Positions 55,074 through 64,000 of a DNA stretch of 64,000 nucleotides are shown piece after piece. Source of the stretch: an uncultured Planctomycetales bacterium. Its GTDB lineage: Bacteria; Omnitrophota; Gorgyraeia; Gygaellales; Profunditerraquicolaceae. A program made the position numbers and the translations under genes. A model generated the notes under the pieces. It made no database searches. It saw only the letters and a list, made by a program, of their open reading frames with translations, and had not been told where the DNA came from. Location of the stretch: assembly GCA_964487475.1 (NCBI GenBank), contig CAZAPM010000002.1, positions 1-64,000 on the forward strand, read 5' to 3'. The stretch's first letter is position 1; each line of letters begins with the position of its first letter.

Positions 55074-55200
55074 TTGACTTCGTTTATATTTGCATTATAA
55101 TACATCACGCAAATGTATACGGTTTAACATTTTTGTATTCTCCGTAACGGTATCCACAGATTTATTAAAAGTGTGCATAAGCTGTTAATTATGTGGACAG
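55074..55200 (+). promoter_or_regulatory. dnaA promoter and upstream DnaA-box cluster (oriC part 1)
   Basis: TTGACT(55074)-16-TATAAT(55096); boxes GTATCCACA 55150-55158, TGTGCATAA 55172-55180, TGTGGACAG 55192-55200. Confidence 0.8.
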
Positions 55201-55215
55201 TGGCTTTGTTCAGCT

Positions 55216-56559
55216 ATGGATAACCTTCCTACAATATGGGAGCAAACCGGTGTTTCCCTGGAGTCAACTCTTGGAAAAACCGCGTTCGAAACTTGGATCA
55301 AGCCCCTCAAGCCAAGGCTTAAGGACGACGCCCTGATCATTCTCGAAGCTCCGGACGCCTTTTTCGGGGAGTGGGTGGACAAACACTACCGTGAGTCTGT
55401 GGAAAAGGCGGTTTCCCAGCTGGCGGGCCAGACCATCGCGGTACAGATCGAGATCGCTGCCGCGGCCAAGGACCCGCTGAACACCCCGGCAGGAGGTCCC
55501 AAAGAGCAATCTTCCGCGCCTGCCGTTCCGGTAAAAGATCCGGTGGCGCTGAACCCGCGGTATACGTTCGATAATTTCATCGTGGGTCCTTCGAACCGGC
55601 ATGCGCACGCCTACAGTCTGGCGGTCGCGGAATCTCCGGCTAAAGCCTATAACCCGCTGTTCATCTACGGCGGGGTGGGGCTGGGCAAGACCCACCTGAT
55701 GCAGTCGGTGTGCCATCACCTTAGAAGCAAGCAGAGCAACATCAAGATCTGTTTCATCACCTCGGAAAAGTTCACCAACGAGCTGATCGACGCCATCCAG
55801 CACCACTCCACGGCATCCTTCCGCCAGAAGTACCGTAACGTCGACATACTCGTGATCGACGATATCCAGTTCATCGCGGGTAAAGAATCCACTCAGGAGG
55901 AATTTTTCCACACCTTCAACGCCCTTTACGACGCGCACAAACAGATCATCATCTCCTCCGACAGGCCGCCCAAGGAGATATCCAATCTTCAGGACCGCCT
56001 GGTATCGCGCTTCAGCTGGGGGCTGGCCACCGATATACAACCCCCCGATCTCGAGACCCGGATCGCGATCCTGAAAAAGAAGATCGAGCGGGAACCGGTG
56101 CGTGTTCCGGACGACGTGATCTTTTTCATCGCCCAGCTGATCAAGACCAACATCCGCGAGCTCGAAGGCGCGCTGATCCGTACTATCGCCTATTCACTGC
56201 TCGAGGAGGAGGCCATCACGCTCCCGCTGGCCAAGGAAGTGCTTAAGGACCTGCTCAAGGAACCCAAAAAACTCATCACCGTGGATTTCATCCAGAGGTG
56301 CATTTCGGAAGAGTTCGGGGTTTCCCTTTCCGACCTCAAGACGAAACGCCGCAATAAGAACATCGTGGTGCCCAGACAGATCGCCATGTATTTGAGCCGG
56401 GAAATGACGGATCTTTCTTTGCCTGAAATAGGGACATATTTCGGGGGAAAGGACCACACTACGGTCCTGCATTCCTTCAATAAGATCAAAAAAGAGTTGC
56501 TTATTAACCCCGAGATCAAACAGAAGGTCGAAAGAGTTATACAGATAATCCGACAGTGA
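55216..56559 (+). CDS. dnaA: Chromosomal replication initiator DnaA
   Basis: YNPLFIYGGVGLGKTHL, DDIQF, NIRELEGAL, FGGKDHTTVLH. Confidence 0.98.
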   Translation: MDNLPTIWEQTGVSLESTLGKTAFETWIKPLKPRLKDDALIILEAPDAFFGEWVDKHYRESVEKAVSQLAGQTIAVQIEIAAAAKDPLNTPAGGPKEQSSAPAVPVKDPVALNPRYTFDNFIVGPSNRHAHAYSLAVAESPAKAYNPLFIYGGVGLGKTHLMQSVCHHLRSKQSNIKICFITSEKFTNELIDAIQHHSTASFRQKYRNVDILVIDDIQFIAGKESTQEEFFHTFNALYDAHKQIIISSDRPPKEISNLQDRLVSRFSWGLATDIQPPDLETRIAILKKKIEREPVRVPDDVIFFIAQLIKTNIRELEGALIRTIAYSLLEEEAITLPLAKEVLKDLLKEPKKLITVDFIQRCISEEFGVSLSDLKTKRRNKNIVVPRQIAMYLSREMTDLSLPEIGTYFGGKDHTTVLHSFNKIKKELLINPEIKQKVERVIQIIRQ

Positions 56560-56692
56560 ATCCTAAGGTTTTCCCAAGGTTGTTATTTACATAAGTCGTT
56601 TCAAAAATTGATGTTAGGTCTGGTTTTAACAGAAACGGAACCTATTACTATTAATACGGTTTTATATTTTAATACACTAATAATAGAAGGAG
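56560..56692. promoter_or_regulatory. oriC part 2: degenerate DnaA boxes, DnaA-trio run and AT-rich unwinding element
   Basis: TTATTTACA 56583-56591; CC followed by TAT TAC TAT TAA TAC at 56643-56657; AT-rich tract before dnaN. Confidence 0.7.
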
Positions 56693-56698
56693 ATGGTA

Positions 56699-57790
56699 AT
56701 GAAATGTCTGGTTGAAAAATCACAGCTTACAAGCGCGATACAACGGGTGCAGAATATCATCACGGCAAAAGCTTCTTTACCTATATTGTCGAATATTTTG
56801 ATCGAGACGGTACAGGATAAATTAAAGCTTACCGCGACCGACCTGGACATCGGTATAACCTGTGTAATACCTGTGAAGATCAGTGAGCAAGGAGCGATAA
56901 CCGTTCCGGCAAAAAGATTTTCGGATATCATTAAAGAGCTCCCCAGCGAAGAAGTGAATATTTCCACGAAAAAGAACAACCTGGTTTCCATAGAAACGGA
57001 AAGCTGCCAATTCAAGATCATGGGGCTGGCAAAAGAGGAATTCCCGAAACTTCCCGAACTTAAGGATAAGGAAGTGATACGCTGCGAGCAGTCCGCCCTG
57101 AAAAAAATGCTGGAGTTGACCTCCTTCGCGGTTTCTTTCGACGAGACAAGGTATATACTCAACGGTATCCTCTTCCAGGTGTCAAAACAGGGATTGAAAT
57201 TGGTTTCTACCGACGGAAAAAGGCTGGCGGTGATCGAGCGTAAACTTTCCCAGAACACTGAAGTGGAGAAGAAATTCATCGTTCCGGTAAAAACCATCCA
57301 TGAATTGTTGCGCAACCTCAAAGATGAGGGAGAGCTTTCGTTGATCCTGGGGCAGAACCAGGTGGTCTTTGATCTGGGCGGAGTGGTGATCATCTCCCGG
57401 CTGATCGAAGGGGAGTTCCCGGATTACCGGCAGGTCATCCCGCCTCCCTCAGAGAACAAATTCAGGATCGTGCGCGAACAGTTCCTTCTGGCGGTCAAGC
57501 GCGGGTCCCTTTTATCCACCCCCGATTACCAGGCGGTCAAGCTCGAGCTTTTTAAGAACAAGCTCGTGGTTTCCAAATCCACCCCGGACGTGGGAGAGTC
57601 CCGGGAAGAGGTGGCCGTGGAATACGCCGGCAAGGAGCTGATGATCGGCTTCAATCCGGTGTTCCTCATCGACGTGCTGAAGAACCTTCCGGTGGAGAGG
57701 GTGGAGTTCGAGCTTACCGACAGCGAAAAGCCCGGGGTATTGCGCAGCGAGGGGTATATTTATATCGTGCTGCCGATGCGGTTGGGCTAG
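56699..57790 (+). CDS. dnaN: DNA polymerase III beta clamp
   Basis: LPILSNIL, ATDL, TDG.RL, SRLIEG.FPDY, Y..LPMR; start 56693 or 56699. Confidence 0.97.
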   Translation: MKCLVEKSQLTSAIQRVQNIITAKASLPILSNILIETVQDKLKLTATDLDIGITCVIPVKISEQGAITVPAKRFSDIIKELPSEEVNISTKKNNLVSIETESCQFKIMGLAKEEFPKLPELKDKEVIRCEQSALKKMLELTSFAVSFDETRYILNGILFQVSKQGLKLVSTDGKRLAVIERKLSQNTEVEKKFIVPVKTIHELLRNLKDEGELSLILGQNQVVFDLGGVVIISRLIEGEFPDYRQVIPPPSENKFRIVREQFLLAVKRGSLLSTPDYQAVKLELFKNKLVVSKSTPDVGESREEVAVEYAGKELMIGFNPVFLIDVLKNLPVERVEFELTDSEKPGVLRSEGYIYIVLPMRLG

Positions 57791-57798
57791 CGGGTGCC

Positions 57799-60526
<2,728 letters not shown>

Positions 60527-60527
60527 G

Positions 60528-62966
60528 ATGTATACCCGAAACGAAAAGATCATCCCGGTCTACATAGAGGAAGAGGTTAAGGACTCCTATCTTAACTATT
60601 CCATGAGCGTGATCGTCGGACGCGCGCTGCCCGATGTGCGCGACGGATTGAAGCCCGTGCACCGCCGTATCCTTTTCGCGATGCAGGAGCTCAACCTCGA
60701 CCACTCCAAACCGTATAAGAAGTGCGCCCGTATCGTCGGAGAGGTGCTGGGAAAGTACCATCCGCACGGGGACGTCGCCGTGTATGACACCCTGGTGCGC
60801 ATGGCGCAGGATTTCTCCCTGCGTTATCCTTTGGTCGACGGACAGGGGAACTTCGGCTCGGTCGACGGGGACGCGGCGGCAGCCATGCGTTACACCGAGG
60901 CGCGACTGGCCGCCATCTCCGACGAGATGCTTGCGGACATCGACAAGGAGACGGTGAATTTCGGCCCCAACTTCGACTCTTCCCTGAAAGAGCCGCTGCT
61001 GCTTCCCGCGGCGCTGCCGAACCTTCTCTGCAACGGATCGAGCGGGATCGCGGTCGGTATGGCCACCAACATCCCCCCGCACAACCTGAACGAAGTGGCC
61101 GACGCCATCATCTACCTGCTGGATAATCCGGACGCGCAGATCAAGGAACTGATGAAGTTCATCAAGGGTCCGGATTTCCCCACCGCCGGAGTGATCTGCG
61201 GGAAGCAGGGGATCAAGGAGGCGTACGAGACCGGCCGCGGCAAGCTTACCGTCCGCGCCCGGGCGACCGTGGAACACCTCAAGAACGGCAAGGACATGAT
61301 CGTGATCACCGAGATCCCCTATCAGGTGCAGAAATCCGGGGTGATCGAGGCGATCGCCGGCCTGGTGGAGGATAAGAAGATCGAGGGTATCTCCGACGTG
61401 CGCGACGAGTCCGACAAGGACGGCATGCGCATCGTGGTGGAGCTGAAGCGCGACGTGGAATCGCAGATCGTCTTGAACCAGCTTTTCAAGCATACGCAGC
61501 TGGAGACCACGTTCGGCATCATCATGCTGGCCCTGATCGAGAACCGGCCGAAGGTGCTCAATCTGCGCCAGATACTGGACGCCTATGTCGCGCACCGCAA
61601 GGTGATCATCCGCCGCCGCACGCAGTTCGAGCTGGATAAGGCGCTCAAGCGCGCGCATATCCTCGAAGGCCTCAAGATCGCCCTGGACCATATCGACGCC
61701 ATCATCAAGGTGATCAAGACCTCCAAGAGCACGGACCATGCCCGAGAGCGTTTGTGCAAGGAGTTCAAGCTTTCCGAGATCCAGGCACAGGCGATCCTGG
61801 AGATGCAGCTGCAGCGCCTGACCGCGCTGGAGCGGGATAAGATCGACGCGGAGTACGCCGAGCTTTTGAAGAAGATCGAGATCTGCCGCGCCATCCTCGC
61901 CTCGATGAAGAAGGTCGAGGCCATCATCAAGGAGGAACTGGAACTGCTCAAAAAGAAGTACGGGGATCCCCGCCGCACGGAGATCGTGGGCGAGGTGCAG
62001 GAGCTCGAGATCGAGGACCTGATCGCGGAGGAGGACGTGGTGGTGACCATCAGCCACGGCGGGTACATCAAGCGCCTGCCGGTGTCCGCCTACCGCAAGC
62101 AGAAGCGCGGCGGCAGCGGCGCGACGGGAACGGATTTGAAGGACGAGGATTTCGTGGAGCATATGTTCGTCGCCTCGACCAAGGAGTACCTGCTGATCTT
62201 CACCGACAAGGGGCAGGTGCACTGGCTCAAGGTCTACGAGATCCCGCAGGCTTCCCGGACCTCGAAGGGCAAGGCGATCATCAACCTGCTCCAGATGGAA
62301 GGCAACGCCAAGATCAGTTCGACCATCCCGGTCAAGGAGTTCTCTCCGGAGAAATACCTGGTCATGGTCACCAAGCTCGGGCAGATCAAGAAGACCAAGC
62401 TGGACGCCTATGGAAATCCCCGCAAAGGTGGTATAATCGGTATCACCCTGGAAAAGGACGACGAGCTGATCGCGGTCGAGATGACGGACGGCAACGAAGA
62501 GCTCCTGATCGGCACCCTCCAGGGCAAGGCCATCCGCTTCCAGGAAAGCAAGGTCCGGGATATGGGCCGGGCGGCGCAGGGGGTGAGGGCGATCACGCTG
62601 GATAAAAAGGACGACGTGATCGGCATGGTGGTGGCCCGCAAGGACGCCGACGTGCTCACCGTGACCAAGCTGGGTTTCGCCAAGCGCACCACGGTCGACG
62701 AGTACCGGCTCACCTCCCGCGGCGGCAAGGGCGTGATCAACATCCGGGTGACGGACAAGAACGGGGAGGCGGTCGCCCTTAAGACCGTCAACGATAAGGA
62801 CGAGCTGATGGTGATCACCCAGAACGGGATATTCCTGCGCTGCGCGGTCAAGGATATCCGCGAGACCGGACGTTCTTCGCAGGGAGTGCGCCTTATCAAG
62901 CTGCAGGAAAAAGACCATGTGGCAAGCGTAGCCCACGTGGTGGTGGAAGAAGAGGAACAATCGTAA
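60528..62966 (+). CDS. gyrA: DNA gyrase subunit A
   Basis: [22 protein letters not shown], GyrA box QKRGGSG. Confidence 0.98.
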   Translation: MYTRNEKIIPVYIEEEVKDSYLNYSMSVIVGRALPDVRDGLKPVHRRILFAMQELNLDHSKPYKKCARIVGEVLGKYHPHGDVAVYDTLVRMAQDFSLRYPLVDGQGNFGSVDGDAAAAMRYTEARLAAISDEMLADIDKETVNFGPNFDSSLKEPLLLPAALPNLLCNGSSGIAVGMATNIPPHNLNEVADAIIYLLDNPDAQIKELMKFIKGPDFPTAGVICGKQGIKEAYETGRGKLTVRARATVEHLKNGKDMIVITEIPYQVQKSGVIEAIAGLVEDKKIEGISDVRDESDKDGMRIVVELKRDVESQIVLNQLFKHTQLETTFGIIMLALIENRPKVLNLRQILDAYVAHRKVIIRRRTQFELDKALKRAHILEGLKIALDHIDAIIKVIKTSKSTDHARERLCKEFKLSEIQAQAILEMQLQRLTALERDKIDAEYAELLKKIEICRAILASMKKVEAIIKEELELLKKKYGDPRRTEIVGEVQELEIEDLIAEEDVVVTISHGGYIKRLPVSAYRKQKRGGSGATGTDLKDEDFVEHMFVASTKEYLLIFTDKGQVHWLKVYEIPQASRTSKGKAIINLLQMEGNAKISSTIPVKEFSPEKYLVMVTKLGQIKKTKLDAYGNPRKGGIIGITLEKDDELIAVEMTDGNEELLIGTLQGKAIRFQESKVRDMGRAAQGVRAITLDKKDDVIGMVVARKDADVLTVTKLGFAKRTTVDEYRLTSRGGKGVINIRVTDKNGEAVALKTVNDKDELMVITQNGIFLRCAVKDIRETGRSSQGVRLIKLQEKDHVASVAHVVVEEEEQS

Positions 62967-62971
62967 TTTTC

Positions 62972-63046
62972 GTCCCCATCGTCTAGCCTGGTCTAGGACA
63001 AGAGCTTTTCAAGCTCTCGACACCGGTTCAAATCCGGTTGGGGACA
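62972..63046 (+). tRNA. tRNA-Glu(TTC)
   Basis: GTCCCCATCGTCTAGCCTGGTCTAGGACA-AGAGC-TTTTCAA-GCTCT...GGTTCAAATCC. Confidence 0.96.
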
Positions 63047-63066
63047 TTATATGTAAGGGGGTGCTC

Positions 63067-64000
63067 ATGTGCGGGATAGTCGGGTACACGGGATCTCGCG
63101 ACGCGCAGCCCATATTGCTCGCCGGCCTTAAGCGGCTCGAGTACCGCGGGTATGATTCCAGCGGCATCGCGGTGCTCCTTTCCCCGAGCCATACCGTCAG
63201 CATCCGCAAGTCCGTGGGCAAGATCCGCGCCCTGGAGAGCCTGGTGTCCCGCAAGCCCCTGGTCGGCCACTCCGGTATCGCGCACACCCGCTGGGCCACC
63301 CACGGCGTTCCCAACCAGATCAACTCCCATCCTCACGACGATTGCTCCGGCACGCTCGCGGTGGTGCACAACGGCATCATCGAGAACTACGAGACCCTCA
63401 AGACCCGCCTGATCGGGGAGGGGCACACCTTCAAGAGCCAGACCGATACGGAAGTGATCGTGCACCTGATCGAGAAGTATTACCGGCACGGCTCGCTGGA
63501 GCAGGCGGTGCGCCAGGCCCTGAAGATGCTGGTAGGCTCTTTCGCCATCGCCGTCATCTCCGAAAAGGAGCCGGGCAAGCTGGTAGGCGCCCGCTCCGGA
63601 AGCCCCCTGATCGTCGGCGTGGGCAAGGACGAATACTTCCTGGCCTCGGACGCGCCGGCGATCATCGACGCCACCAAGGAGGTCATCTTCCTCGAGGAGA
63701 ACGAGGTGGCGGTGCTCACCCCCGAAGGGGTGGAGTTGACGGATCTCGCCGGAAAGAAGCGCACGCGCAAGACCGTGCGCATCAACTGGGACGTGGCGCA
63801 GGCGCAGAAGCAGAAGTACAAACATTTCATGCTCAAGGAGATCAACGAGCAGCCCAAGATCATCGAGGACCTGCTGGCGGTGCGCCTCAATCGCGCGACG
63901 GGCGGAGTGGAGTTCGAAGGCAAGGCCGCGGTGCAGTCGAAGCTCAAAGGGATCACCCGCATCTCGGTCGTGGCGTGCGGGACGGCATATCATGCGGGGG
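63067..64000 (+). CDS. glmS: Glutamine--fructose-6-phosphate aminotransferase (truncated by window end)
   Basis: MCGIVGY, LEYRGYDSSG, HTRWATHG, VHNGIIENY, HFMLKEI.EQP. Confidence 0.97.
   Translation, partial: MCGIVGYTGSRDAQPILLAGLKRLEYRGYDSSGIAVLLSPSHTVSIRKSVGKIRALESLVSRKPLVGHSGIAHTRWATHGVPNQINSHPHDDCSGTLAVVHNGIIENYETLKTRLIGEGHTFKSQTDTEVIVHLIEKYYRHGSLEQAVRQALKMLVGSFAIAVISEKEPGKLVGARSGSPLIVGVGKDEYFLASDAPAIIDATKEVIFLEENEVAVLTPEGVELTDLAGKKRTRKTVRINWDVAQAQKQKYKHFMLKEINEQPKIIEDLLAVRLNRATGGVEFEGKAAVQSKLKGITRISVVACGTAYHAG

Noticed and set aside
63047..63066. glmS ribozyme
   Set aside because: Only 20 bp between tRNA-Glu and glmS

Overview
Core-chromosome window from a GC-rich bacterium that spans the replication origin. 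Almost every gene from 485 to 54931 is on the minus strand; from dnaA (55216) onward all are on the plus strand. Candidatus Omnitrophota is my guess from gene order and protein style (inference, not a database result). Left to right: tRNA cluster; csoR-led Cus-type RND metal efflux operon; alkD-like, purU, cupin, SulP and beta-carbonic anhydrase; glnS; a BioB-like radical SAM gene; glycine cleavage and lipoylation genes; tRNA-Gln; a c-di-GMP-I riboswitch leading a lysozyme-fold secreted protein and a short type IV pilin; gltX; a four-subunit 2-oxoacid:ferredoxin oxidoreductase; dxs, xseAB; a GH39-like protein lacking its acid/base Glu; ymdB, rny, 5-formyl-THF cyclo-ligase; iscU, a MetV-like gene, a GT-C glycosyltransferase, rarA and 6S RNA; pheST with a Trk K+ module inserted between rplT and pheS; rplT-rpmI-infC-thrS; three tRNAs; coaC-rpoZ-gmk-yicC-ndk; parAB with parS; jag-N, yidC, yidD, rpmH (no rnpA); oriC; dnaA-dnaN-DUF721-gyrB-gyrA-tRNA-Glu-glmS. 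No integrase, transposase, prophage or CRISPR array was seen. The best leads are the riboswitch-lysozyme-pilin module, a two-state RNA leader plus an uncalled 40-aa membrane ORF in the Trk operon, repeated leaderless-promoter architecture, and the clean absence of rnpA. The 100-N gap looks like an assembly artefact (55-bp duplicated flanks).
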